A DNA stretch of 64,000 bases, taken from assembly GCA_039028875.1 (NCBI GenBank), contig JBCCHE010000003.1, positions 128,130 through 192,129 on the forward strand, read 5' to 3'. The position numbers and the translations under genes are program-made. A model generated the notes under the pieces. It was not told the origin of the DNA and did no database searches. It saw only the letters and a program-made list of their open reading frames with translations. Source of the DNA: Myxococcota bacterium (GTDB taxonomy: Bacteria > Myxococcota_A > Polyangia > Polyangiales > Houyiibacteriaceae). Of the stretch, positions 40,776 through 50,002 are shown in pieces (position 1 is the first letter of the stretch; each line of letters opens with the position of its first letter).

Positions 40776-41578
40776 ACATCGTCATCGTGGGACGCGGCAA
40801 AGTGGGTCGCGCGATCGAGCATGCGCTCATCGAGGACGGACGCCACGCGGTCGCAACGATGGGAAAGAGACTCGTCAGCGGTCCACTCGAAGCGGCGGAC
40901 GTGGTTGTGCTGGCCGTGCCGGACGGTGCCATCGAAGCGGTGGCGAGCTCGGTCGCCCCGTCCCTCACGAAGGGCTCAGTCGCGGTGCACTGTGCCGGCG
41001 CGCGCGACACAGCGCCTCTTACGCCATGCGCCCGTGTCGGTGCGCGAGTGAGCGTGATGCACCCGATGGTTTCGTTCGCAAGTGCCCGCCACCCCCCGAC
41101 GCTTCAGGGCAAGACATTCGTCGTCAACGGAGACCCCGGCGCGTTCTCGACGATTAGAGACATCGCCCGGGCCTGCGGCGCAGAAGCCGTCCGTGCGGAC
41201 ACGACGAACCCGATCTACCACGCCAGCGCAGCGCTCGCGGCAAACGGAGCCGCCGCACTGTCCTTCTTCGCGGTGGGCCTGCTGACACGAATCGGCTTGT
41301 CGAAGGGCCAGGCGGAGCATGCGGTCGGTGGGATCGTCGAGAGCGTCGGGAGCAACGTCCGAACGGTCGGCGTCCCGCAAGCGCTCACTGGCCCGGTGGC
41401 AAGGGGCGATGTCGCGACGGTTGAACGCCACCGGCGGGGTCTGCGTCGCGCACCGAAAGGTCCACGGTCGGTCTACGACGCCATCCTTCCCGCGATCATC
41501 TCTACCGCCGAGGCGGCAAAACTACCGCGCAAGCACGCCAAAGCACTTCGGGCGCTCCTCGATCCACGAGACGACTGA
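40772..41578 (+). CDS. Rossmann-like / DUF2520 domain protein (putative NAD(P)-dependent oxidoreductase)
   Basis: ATGA overlap with nadD. The N-terminus MNIVIVGRGKVGRAI is followed by VVLAVPDGAI, HCAG and the C-terminal helical DUF2520-like part. Confidence 0.65.
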   Translation: MNIVIVGRGKVGRAIEHALIEDGRHAVATMGKRLVSGPLEAADVVVLAVPDGAIEAVASSVAPSLTKGSVAVHCAGARDTAPLTPCARVGARVSVMHPMVSFASARHPPTLQGKTFVVNGDPGAFSTIRDIARACGAEAVRADTTNPIYHASAALAANGAAALSFFAVGLLTRIGLSKGQAEHAVGGIVESVGSNVRTVGVPQALTGPVARGDVATVERHRRGLRRAPKGPRSVYDAILPAIISTAEAAKLPRKHAKALRALLDPRDD

Positions 41579-41579
41579 C

Positions 41580-43991
41580 CTACTCGGCCGCCTCAACCGA
41601 TCCCTCGGCCGGCTCGAATACGATCGTGTCGCCCCGTCCCATGACCACCACGCGGTCATCTTCATTGAAGTCGCCTGACAGCACGGCGGACGCGAGTGGC
41701 GCTTCGATCAACCGACCGATCGTCCGCCGCATGGGGCGCGCACCGAGTTCCGCGTCGTAGCCGCCCAGGGCGACGAGAGCATCGATCGCCGAGTCGTCGA
41801 TACGGAGATCGACCCCTTGCAACGCGCGGAGCTTCCGCGTGACGCCGAGCATCAGCCTGCGGGCGATCTCGGCGACCTCCTGCCGGCTCAGGCGACCGAA
41901 GAACAACGGTTCGTCGATCCGGTTCCAAAGCTCTGGGGGCAAGGCTCGTCTTGCAGCGGCGAGCGCCGGCGGTGCCCCTGCATCCTCGGGGCTCGACTCC
42001 GTCCGAAACCCGATCGACGCGCCGCTACCGCCTACGGTTTCACCGCCCAGATTCGAGGTCATCACGATGATCGTATGGGAACAATCAACCGTCCGTCCTT
42101 TGCCGTCGGTCAGTCTCCCGTCTTCGAGCAGCGGCAACAACGACTGCAGCACATCGACGTGGGCCTTTTCGATCTCATCGAGAAGCACCAGTTGATACGG
42201 ACGATGCCGGACCGCCTCGGTCAGCTGGCCGCCTGACTCGTGACCGACGTACCCCGGTGGCGCGCCAACGAGCTTGGCGACGGCGTGGGACTCGCTCAGT
42301 TCGCTCATGTCGATGCGGGTCATCGAGCAGCCCGTGAAGAAGAGCTCGTTGAGCGCGCGCGCAGTTTCGGTCTTGCCGACCCCTGTCGGACCCAAGAACA
42401 AGAACGTCGCCAATGGCCGGTGGCCGTGAAAGCCGGCTGCTCCTTTGCGAAGGGCATCGGCCACCCGAGTCATCACCTCGCTATGGCCCACGACGTGCTC
42501 GGCAAGATGGCTTTCCAGCTGCAGCAGTTTCTGCGCGTCCGAGACCAAGAGACGCTCGAGCGGGACCCGGATCTTCTCGGCGACCACTTGTGCGATCGAC
42601 TCGCGGTCGACGATCTCGCCACCACGGCGTCGCAACCGCGCGCCTGCGAGGTCTAGAAGGCCGATCGCCTTGTCGGGCAACGTTTGCTCGGGGAGGTACC
42701 GAACCGAAAGCTCCACCGCCGCTTCAACCGCATCATCGGCGTAGGCAATGCCGTGATGAACCTCGTAGCGCGGCGCAATGCCGCGAAGAATCTCGACCGC
42801 ATCGTCCCGGCTGGGCTCGGCCACGTGAATGGGAGAGAACCGCCGTGCAAGGGCGGCGTCGCGCTCGACGTACTTTCGATACTCCGCATCGGTGGTCGCC
42901 CCGATACACGGAAGCTCCCCGCGGGCTAACGACGCTTTGAGCTCGTGTGCCAGATCATCAGGTGAGTCGCCCCCGGTGAACAGCGCGTGCACTTCGTCGA
43001 TGAACAAGACGATGCGACCCTTGGCGCGCTTCACTTCGAACTGAAGGCGGCGGATGCGCTCGGACAACGCCCCGCGAACCCCGGTGCCTGACACGAGTCC
43101 CCCTGCGGAGAGCTCGACGATCACCGTCCCCTCGAGTCCCCGAACACCCACGCCTCCATCGGCGATCTTGCGGGCCAGCCCTTCCACGATCGCGGTCTTG
43201 CCGACGCCAGGAGGACCTACGAGAAGTGGGTTGTTGGAACGGCGCCGCGCGAGCACGTCGAGCAGGCTTTCGATCTCGGCATCCCGCCCGATCACCTCGT
43301 CGATCTCCCCAAGCGCCGCCATTTCGGTCAGGTTCCGTCCGAGCTTGCACAACATCGGGTAGGCTCCTGCGTCGAGGGCGAACGGCGAGCTCGAAGGCAC
43401 CACGACGTCTTCGTCGGCAGCTGGAGCGGGCTCCGACTGAACGTCCGCCTCCGGCACGACGTCAGGCTTTTCGACGCGAAGCTCGATGAGGGGCGACGGC
43501 TCGACGCTTGGGCGCGCCGAGGGACGTGGTGCGCGCGCAGTCGAGGAAGCCGTTGGGGACGTCGGTCGGATCACCGTGTCTCGGCGCCGGTTTCGCTCTG
43601 GCGTGAGAAGCCTTCGGATCTCTTCTTGAACTTGCTTGGGGCCAGCGCCGACGTGTTCGAGGGCGCGATGCGCTGCACTCCGGCTGTCACGCGCGATCGC
43701 AAACAGGAGGTGCGCCGGAAGCACTTGCTCATCGCCCATCGCTTTGGCGATGCGGTACGCCCGCTCGACAGCTCTCTCGAGCGCACTCGATGGCTCCGGA
43801 TCGACGACACGGACCGCGCTCAGCAAATCGCCCTCCCGAACACCGAGGCCCGACAGCAGGGTCCCGGTCGGGCCGCCCGCCCGCAGCATCACCAACAGAA
43901 GGTAGCCCGTCGACGGACTCTCAGAGCGACGCTGGGCCTCTCGCTGCGCCCTTGCAACGAGTCCCTTGACTCCCCCGCCAACCGTGGTCAT
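41580..43991 (-). CDS. Two-ring AAA+ Clp unfoldase (ClpA/ClpC type, no M-domain, IGF loop present)
   Basis: I prefer ATG at 43991. It has a Clp_N repeat and a Pro/Ser-rich linker. D1 has GPPGVGKTAIVEGLA and IVLFIDEVHALF. D2 has FLFLGPTGVGKTETARAL and QLVLLDEIEKAH. SIGF lies in D2, and there is no long coiled-coil between the rings. Confidence 0.88.
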   Translation of the reverse strand: MTTVGGGVKGLVARAQREAQRRSESPSTGYLLLVMLRAGGPTGTLLSGLGVREGDLLSAVRVVDPEPSSALERAVERAYRIAKAMGDEQVLPAHLLFAIARDSRSAAHRALEHVGAGPKQVQEEIRRLLTPERNRRRDTVIRPTSPTASSTARAPRPSARPSVEPSPLIELRVEKPDVVPEADVQSEPAPAADEDVVVPSSSPFALDAGAYPMLCKLGRNLTEMAALGEIDEVIGRDAEIESLLDVLARRRSNNPLLVGPPGVGKTAIVEGLARKIADGGVGVRGLEGTVIVELSAGGLVSGTGVRGALSERIRRLQFEVKRAKGRIVLFIDEVHALFTGGDSPDDLAHELKASLARGELPCIGATTDAEYRKYVERDAALARRFSPIHVAEPSRDDAVEILRGIAPRYEVHHGIAYADDAVEAAVELSVRYLPEQTLPDKAIGLLDLAGARLRRRGGEIVDRESIAQVVAEKIRVPLERLLVSDAQKLLQLESHLAEHVVGHSEVMTRVADALRKGAAGFHGHRPLATFLFLGPTGVGKTETARALNELFFTGCSMTRIDMSELSESHAVAKLVGAPPGYVGHESGGQLTEAVRHRPYQLVLLDEIEKAHVDVLQSLLPLLEDGRLTDGKGRTVDCSHTIIVMTSNLGGETVGGSGASIGFRTESSPEDAGAPPALAAARRALPPELWNRIDEPLFFGRLSRQEVAEIARRLMLGVTRKLRALQGVDLRIDDSAIDALVALGGYDAELGARPMRRTIGRLIEAPLASAVLSGDFNEDDRVVVMGRGDTIVFEPAEGSVEAAE

Positions 43992-44170
43992 GCCGTCGTC
44001 TTTCCCCCCCGAAGCCTGCCTCGGAGTTAGCGGGCGAGGTCCCCACAGACAACTTTTCGGCGGTCTCGGAAACAGCGAGGAGATCCCCAACAGACTACAT
44101 CTCCCCACTTCATCACCCTGTCATTGGATAATTACACTTGTTAACGTGTTCCGAGGAGAGATCTCGGAGC

Positions 44171-44713
44171 ATGGCGTTGAGAACACGAATCGCTTTCACC
44201 GCTGCCATCGCGGCAGCCCTTCTACTGACACTCATGCCGGGGGGCGGGGCTGAGGCCGCGCCTGGGCTGAGGGCGAAGCTCTTCCTCACCCAGAAGGGAA
44301 TCCCGCGATCGCTCTCGGAGGCCGGTGTCATTCGTTTCGCGCGGACCCACAAGGCGACGCGGCTGCAGGAAACGAAAGAGGCGCCGATTGAAGAGCGACA
44401 GTGGCGCGCAAGCCTCGTGGCCTCGTTCAACGCACCCGTCCGTGACTCCGAATTCGAGGTGCTCTTCTACGATATTCAGACGGCCGAGCGAAAGTTCATC
44501 GCGCCGGCGATGACGGTGTTCGTCAACGACACCAGCCAACGAACCATCGTGCACAAGATGTACCTCAAGCGGCCCCAGTTCGAGCCGAACCGGCGACTCG
44601 AGATGGTCGTGACGGTTCGTCGACAAGAGGTCGGGCGTTACCGCTTTCAAATTCTTGGGGACCGGGTACAACACAGCGGCGAAGTCACTTTCTCAGACGA
44701 CGAAGCCCGCTAG
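44171..44713 (+). CDS. Secreted hypothetical protein
   Basis: ATG at 44171. The signal peptide is MALRTRIAFTAAIAAALLLTLMPGGGAEAAPG, with no lipobox Cys. I recognise no motif. The stop lies 4 nt before the holA start. Confidence 0.55.
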   Translation: MALRTRIAFTAAIAAALLLTLMPGGGAEAAPGLRAKLFLTQKGIPRSLSEAGVIRFARTHKATRLQETKEAPIEERQWRASLVASFNAPVRDSEFEVLFYDIQTAERKFIAPAMTVFVNDTSQRTIVHKMYLKRPQFEPNRRLEMVVTVRRQEVGRYRFQILGDRVQHSGEVTFSDDEAR

Positions 44714-44717
44714 CCTC

Positions 44718-45743
44718 TTGCCCACCATCCACGACGTCATCCGCGGGGCCGCGCAAGGCTCCCTCGAGCCCGTCTATTTACTGGTCGGGCCCGAACGGCT
44801 GTTGATCGAACGTGCGGTCGGCGCGATTCGACAAGCGGTCGACGCAGACGGCGTAGCCGGCTTCAACACCGAGATCTTCGATGGCAAGGGGCTGGCCGCG
44901 GCCACCGTGATTAGCGCGGCGCGCACGCTTCCCATGATGTCGGACCGGCGATTCGTCTGGGTACGCCACGTCGACGCGATGACCCCCACCGAACAAAACG
45001 AGCTGGCTTCCTACTTCGACGGCCCGAACGATACGACCAGCCTTGTCCTGACCGCGACGAAGCTCGACGGACGCGGAAAACTCGCGAAAGCGGGCAAGAA
45101 ACAGGGGTTCCTAACCGACGCGAAACCGCTACGCGGCCGAGACCTTCGTGCATTCGTGCGCACCGAGGCGAAGAACCGCGGCCACGTCGTGGCACCCGAC
45201 GCGATCGAGACCCTGATCGACGCGGTGGGCGACGACCTGACCGCCATCGATGATGCGGTCGAGCGGCTCTCTCTGTTTGTTGGCGTTGGACAGCGCATCG
45301 GAACCGACGAGGTGATCCACTGCGTCACGCGCGTCCGCGTGGATTCCATCTGGAGTTTGGTCGACGCGATAGGCATGAAGGATCGGCGCAAGGGGATGGC
45401 AGCTGCGCAGTCGCTGCTAACGGATCGCGAGCCGCCGCTCCGCCTGCTGTCGATGGCCGCACGGCAACTGCGGATTGTGGCGCGCATGAGAGAGGCCCTT
45501 GCCGAAGGCATGAGCCCCCAAGAGGCCGCCAAGCGCGCAGGCGCCCCACCCTTCAAGGCCTCGGATCTCACGGCGTCTGCTCGGCAGTTCAGCGCCCAAA
45601 GCTTGGGCGAGGCCTTTCAGCTCATCGCTGAGGCCGACATCGCGCTCAAGAGCAGCAAACGCCCTCCCGACACCATCCTCCAAGAAACGGTGATGGCGCT
45701 GTGCGCAGAGCCGAACGGGCCGCGCACTAAGCGAGCCGGTTGA
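44718..45743 (+). CDS. holA: DNA polymerase III delta subunit
   Basis: PVYLLVGPERLLIERAV sits about 20 aa from the chosen TTG start, as in HolA. The length (~340 aa) and helical C-terminal domain also fit. The start is uncertain (the track ORF begins at 44655, inside the upstream gene). Confidence 0.8.
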   Translation: MPTIHDVIRGAAQGSLEPVYLLVGPERLLIERAVGAIRQAVDADGVAGFNTEIFDGKGLAAATVISAARTLPMMSDRRFVWVRHVDAMTPTEQNELASYFDGPNDTTSLVLTATKLDGRGKLAKAGKKQGFLTDAKPLRGRDLRAFVRTEAKNRGHVVAPDAIETLIDAVGDDLTAIDDAVERLSLFVGVGQRIGTDEVIHCVTRVRVDSIWSLVDAIGMKDRRKGMAAAQSLLTDREPPLRLLSMAARQLRIVARMREALAEGMSPQEAAKRAGAPPFKASDLTASARQFSAQSLGEAFQLIAEADIALKSSKRPPDTILQETVMALCAEPNGPRTKRAG

Positions 45744-45990
45744 CCTGGTGCGTTAGCCGAGAGATGTACCGCGAGCCGGTCTTGCGATGGTAAATGCCCT
45801 TGGACACTGCGGAGTCGATCTTCGCGATGGCAACGATGAGCGCCTTCTTCGCGGCATCGGCGTCGCCGGCTGCCACGGCGGCGCGAACGCGCTTGACCGA
45901 AGTACGCACGTTGGTGCGGATGTGGCGGTTTCGAGCGGTACGCTTGATCGTCTGGCGAACTCGTTTTTTTGCTGAAGCGTGGTTGGCCAC
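45727..45990 (-). CDS. rpsT: 30S ribosomal protein S20
   Basis: The GTG start is preceded by GGAGGA. (M)ANHASAKKRVRQTIKRTARNRHIRTNVRTSVKRV is the canonical S20 N-terminus. The 3' end overlaps the holA 3' end by 17 nt. Confidence 0.95.
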   Translation of the reverse strand: MANHASAKKRVRQTIKRTARNRHIRTNVRTSVKRVRAAVAAGDADAAKKALIVAIAKIDSAVSKGIYHRKTGSRYISRLTHQVNRLA

Positions 45991-46095
45991 TGAAAATCCT
46001 CCCCGTAGGGACGCGGGTGGTAGCCCTGCCGACCAGGGCTGTCAAGTCGGTGATAAAACTCTTGAAAACTGCCTCCTAGCCAGGCATACACGCTC

Positions 46096-48666
46096 GTGTC
46101 TCGACGTCAGGAAACGCTCGATTGGCTCGCTCGTCTCGTCACAGGACGCCGAAAGCTGGTCGTGGGCGTCACCGTCTTGGTCACCCTGGCCTTCGCGTCA
46201 CAAATCCCGAAACTGAGGGCCGATCCCGCGCCCGAAAGCCTGCTGTCCTCGTTCGAAGGAGAGGAGTACGCGGTCATCCAGAAGCGCTTCCAGGAGTGGT
46301 TCGGAAAACGGCGCACCGCCGTGCTGCTCCTGGTGGAGGCGGACGATGTCCTGTCGCGAGACTCCCTCCAAGACATCCACGATCTATCGCTGTACTTCGC
46401 GGAGAAGCCCTGGGTCGACAAGGTGGCAAGCGTCACGACCCTCAACATCCCGCGACGAGAGAAGGACCCCGAGGGAGACGATCCGGGCGGTCTCGAGGAG
46501 ATCGAGATCGTCGAGGACGATGCAGGACTCGACGATCTGGACGATCTCGACGATCTCGATAATCTCGATGACCTCGACAGCCTTGATGAAGGCAACGGAG
46601 AGGACGCAAACCTCCAGGATGAGGCGTTCGATGCGCTGTTGGACATCATCGAGAGTGACCCCGAACGGTTCCCAGGGGGCATCGCGGTCGCCGGTCCCGC
46701 CCTTGCTGCCGAGCTCAAGACCGACCCTATCGTGGTTGAAGCCGAGGTCACAGAGGCCGAGGCCGAGGAGCTCTCACGCGCAATCGATGACAACCCTCTA
46801 CTCCTCGGCCGGTTGATCGACGAGGACCACACGTTGGCGGGTGTGGCACTTCAGCTGCCGGAGCTCGGGCCACGCGAAATGCGTAACGCCATGGCCGACC
46901 TTCGACGCGACCTTGCCCGGCCTGAGTTCGAAGACATCACCGTGCACGTCGGCGGCCTCCCGTACTTGCGGAGCGTCATCGTCGAAAAGATGCGGCGCGA
47001 CAACCTGCGATTGATACCGGTGACGGTCCTGGTGTGCCTTTTCTTGCTGATGTTGTCGTTCCGATGGGTCCCAGGCGTTCTGATGCCCCTCGCTGCGGTG
47101 GGCGTGACAGCACTCATCGTCGTTGGCGGGATGGGCTTGGTCGGGGAACCGATGAACATCCTGAACAACATCATCGTACCGCTCCTGATCATCATAGGCA
47201 TCAGCGACGCGACGCACCTCGTTCAACGCTACCGAGACGAAGTCGTGGGCGAACAGGATCCGATCGAAGCCGGAAAGCGAACTGTCCGAGCCATTGCAGT
47301 CGCCGTGCTTCTCACGTCTGCGACCACCGCGGTGGGGCTCGCATCCCTGGTCGTCTCGAAAACCGTCATGCTCCGCCACTTTGGGCTAACTTCTGGGCTT
47401 GGGGTGATGGTGTCGTACGTGGTGATCATCACCTTCGTGCCCGCGGTCCTGACCTGGGCAAAGCCTCCGAAAGCGCCGCCGCAGCGCGACCGAAAGAGCC
47501 TCTACACCAACGTCACGATGAACCTTGTCTCGCGGCTCCTTCGGTGGCGTTGGGCGATTCTCGGGCTCACCGCGATTTTCACCGTTGGCGCAGGCTACGT
47601 CGCGAGCCAGATCACGGTCGATCACGCCCTCCTCGACCAGTTCGACGAGACCGACCCGGTGTACGTCACGACGGTCCTGATCGAAGAGAAACTCGATGGC
47701 GTCCGACCGCTCGAGCTCGTGCTCGTCAGCGAGGAAGATGGGTACTTCACCGATCCAAAGATGATCGAGAAGATCCAGAATATTCGAAACTGGGCCGCTC
47801 TCCGCCCGGAGATCATTCGAACACTCAGCTACGGCGACATGCTGCATGAATCGTACGCACTTCTGGCCGACGACCCGACCGTGCGTTCGGAGGAGTTCAA
47901 GAGCGCGAAGCAGGTCCGAGGCCTCGTGACCATGATGAGCCAGCGCAAACCTTCGCCGCTCGATGCGTGGCTCACCGAGGACGGCGAAAAAGCACGGGTC
48001 CAGTTCAAGCTTCGCGACGTCGGCGCGCAGGCCACGATGACCTTCCTCGATGAGCTCGAGGGTGTGATCAACGACGAGCTCGCCGACGATGACAAGGTGA
48101 CGCACTCGTTTACGGGAGAGGCCTACACGGGTTCGCGGGGACAAGCCGCCGTTGTGAGCGACTTGCTGGGGAGCTTGCTCGTTGCGGTCGTGGTCATCTT
48201 CTTGCTGCTCGCGTTCTTCTTCCGAAGCATCCGTCTCGGACTGCTTAGTATTCCGCCGAACCTGATCCCGCTCGTGGCGACGATGGCCTACATGGTGTGG
48301 CGGGAGATCCCGCTCAACGTGTCAACCGTCATCATCTTTTCGATCAGCCTTGGGCTGGCCGTGAATGGCACAATTCACGTGTTGGCGAGGTTCCGCGAAG
48401 AGATGCAGTCCGGTCTCGGTCGAGAGGCTGCGCTCATTCGCGCAGCGCGTGGGACCGGTCGCGCCATCGTGATCTCCTGTATCACCCTGATGGCAGGTTT
48501 CGCTGTGCTGCTTCTCAGTTCGTTCGTTCCCGTCCGGAACTTTGGCGAACTGATTTCGGTCACGATCGGCGGGTGCCTCGTCGCCACCTTGATCGTCCTG
48601 CCGCCGCTTCTTCGCGTCGCCGGGGGCAGCGAGCCTGCAGACCCTCAGTCGTCGTCATCGAAGTAG
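46096..48666 (+). CDS. RND-superfamily (MMPL/HpnN-like) membrane transporter with acidic repeat insert
   Basis: 856 aa with a GTG start. The topology is the 1+5 / 1+5 TM arrangement with two large loops. Motifs include PLLIIIGISDATHLV and SISLGLAVNGTIHVLARF. Confidence 0.8.
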   Translation: MSRRQETLDWLARLVTGRRKLVVGVTVLVTLAFASQIPKLRADPAPESLLSSFEGEEYAVIQKRFQEWFGKRRTAVLLLVEADDVLSRDSLQDIHDLSLYFAEKPWVDKVASVTTLNIPRREKDPEGDDPGGLEEIEIVEDDAGLDDLDDLDDLDNLDDLDSLDEGNGEDANLQDEAFDALLDIIESDPERFPGGIAVAGPALAAELKTDPIVVEAEVTEAEAEELSRAIDDNPLLLGRLIDEDHTLAGVALQLPELGPREMRNAMADLRRDLARPEFEDITVHVGGLPYLRSVIVEKMRRDNLRLIPVTVLVCLFLLMLSFRWVPGVLMPLAAVGVTALIVVGGMGLVGEPMNILNNIIVPLLIIIGISDATHLVQRYRDEVVGEQDPIEAGKRTVRAIAVAVLLTSATTAVGLASLVVSKTVMLRHFGLTSGLGVMVSYVVIITFVPAVLTWAKPPKAPPQRDRKSLYTNVTMNLVSRLLRWRWAILGLTAIFTVGAGYVASQITVDHALLDQFDETDPVYVTTVLIEEKLDGVRPLELVLVSEEDGYFTDPKMIEKIQNIRNWAALRPEIIRTLSYGDMLHESYALLADDPTVRSEEFKSAKQVRGLVTMMSQRKPSPLDAWLTEDGEKARVQFKLRDVGAQATMTFLDELEGVINDELADDDKVTHSFTGEAYTGSRGQAAVVSDLLGSLLVAVVVIFLLLAFFFRSIRLGLLSIPPNLIPLVATMAYMVWREIPLNVSTVIIFSISLGLAVNGTIHVLARFREEMQSGLGREAALIRAARGTGRAIVISCITLMAGFAVLLLSSFVPVRNFGELISVTIGGCLVATLIVLPPLLRVAGGSEPADPQSSSSK
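46531..46584 (+). repeat. In-frame imperfect 9-bp tandem repeat x6 (GAYGAYCTS-like) encoding DDL-DDL-DDL-DNL-DDL-DSL
   Basis: Read directly: gacgatctg gacgatctc gacgatctc gataatctc gatgacctc gacagcctt. It lies inside the first extracytoplasmic loop of the RND/MMPL gene. Confidence 0.9.
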
Positions 48667-49925
48667 TCGGTGGAGATCGATATGGAGTACCGATCACACG
48701 GACCTCGGAACTCACCTTCCTTGGCCGACACGCCGACGATGAGTGTGCCCGTGCCGCCGTTCTGGTTCTCGCACTCGTGTACGAGCCTCAAGGTGTCAAC
48801 CCCATCCTCGATGCAGTAATCGTCGCCGGCAAAGGAGCTGCTCGAGCCACTGCAGTCATCGATGCGCTCGGATCCATCCGGACATCGATACGTCATCAGC
48901 AGCTGACGCTCGCTATCGAGCCCAGCGATGTCGACACGCATCGAGTACTCTTCGACGTGCTTGAGCTGAATGCGGTAGAAGTCGAAGTCGGAAGCGCGGT
49001 CTAGGGTGGCGTCGACGTCGACGCGAAGGTCTACCGCGGAGCATGGTCCATCGCACGAAAGCTCACTCGCCGAAGGTGGGGTATCGTTGGCCTCGTACTG
49101 GTCCTTGCAAACACATCGGCCGTCCTCGCAAAGGGGCGCACCAGCCGTGTCGCAGATGCCGCAGAGCAACGAAGTCCCGCAAAGGTTCGTCGTGCCGCAC
49201 TCGATCCCCTCGGACTCACAGGTGCACTCTCCGACGCACTCGAACGCTTGAATCGAAGGATTCGCGGTACACGCCTCGTCACTGTCGCAGGGCGGGCACT
49301 CGACGAACCCGCCGCATCCATCGGGCAAGCCTCCAGACGGGGAGCATTCGTTCTCACTACATGGGAAGAGCGGAACACAGCAAGCGCCTTCAACGCAGAT
49401 CTCTCCGTCGTCACAGCCCTCGGGACACTCGCAATCCCCGGACGTGCACGCGCACTGATTGTCCACGCACTCGAGGGCGCCCGGGCACGCGCCGCAGTCG
49501 AGCGCCTCTGCGCTTCCACACCCCACGTCGATTCGTCCACACTGCGCCTCGACAGAGCTACAAGTGTTGTCCTCGCAGCCACACATGAAGTTCTTGTCAT
49601 TGGCGCCGCAGATATCTCCCTCTTCACAGGGCGGGCACTCGACGGTACCGTCGCAACCGTCTGGAAGCATTCCGCACTCGACGGTGACTCCGAGGGACTC
49701 GAACTGACTGATCACTTGCTCGCATGTCGCCGGCTCACAGGTCAGCTCTGGCTCACTGGCGTCGTAGCAACGACCGTCACTGTTCCAGCAGAAGAATCCT
49801 GAAGGGCAATCGGTTGCACTCACGCATGAGAACACCCCGTTCGGGATCTTCACACTGCAGCCCGCCACGAACATCGTCGTGGCAACCAAGCAGAACGCGG
49901 CTTTCGTCGACAACTCTCGTCCCAC
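48645..49925 (-). CDS. Cysteine-rich secreted lipoprotein with C-terminal PPC (pre-peptidase C-terminal)-like domain
   Basis: GTG start and lipobox MFVAGC. There are many CxxC / LPDGCGGxVECPPC-type repeats. The C-terminal part (YEANDTPPSASEL...SDFDFYRIQL...GTLIVGVSA) fits a PPC-type beta-sandwich, and the tail is acidic (FDDDD). Confidence 0.7.
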   Translation of the reverse strand: MGRELSTKAAFCLVATTMFVAGCSVKIPNGVFSCVSATDCPSGFFCWNSDGRCYDASEPELTCEPATCEQVISQFESLGVTVECGMLPDGCDGTVECPPCEEGDICGANDKNFMCGCEDNTCSSVEAQCGRIDVGCGSAEALDCGACPGALECVDNQCACTSGDCECPEGCDDGEICVEGACCVPLFPCSENECSPSGGLPDGCGGFVECPPCDSDEACTANPSIQAFECVGECTCESEGIECGTTNLCGTSLLCGICDTAGAPLCEDGRCVCKDQYEANDTPPSASELSCDGPCSAVDLRVDVDATLDRASDFDFYRIQLKHVEEYSMRVDIAGLDSERQLLMTYRCPDGSERIDDCSGSSSSFAGDDYCIEDGVDTLRLVHECENQNGGTGTLIVGVSAKEGEFRGPCDRYSISISTDYFDDDD

Positions 49926-50002
49926 CTCTCCCGTTCAGGGTAACGAAACGGGCACGAGGACTCCCGCCGGATCACGCTTCGTGTGAGCCGGCTCACAACG
50001 CG

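Noticed and set aside
44073-44090. Sigma-54-like element (TGGGGA-N5-TCGC on the minus strand) upstream of the clp gene
   Set aside because: Only the GG and GC core dinucleotides match. The remaining consensus positions (TGGCAC/TTGC) do not, which is too weak without experimental support.
46531-46584. Short direct repeats that could be mistaken for a CRISPR-like array
   Set aside because: The units are only 9 bp, contiguous without spacers, in frame and inside a well-supported transporter gene. This is a coding tandem repeat.
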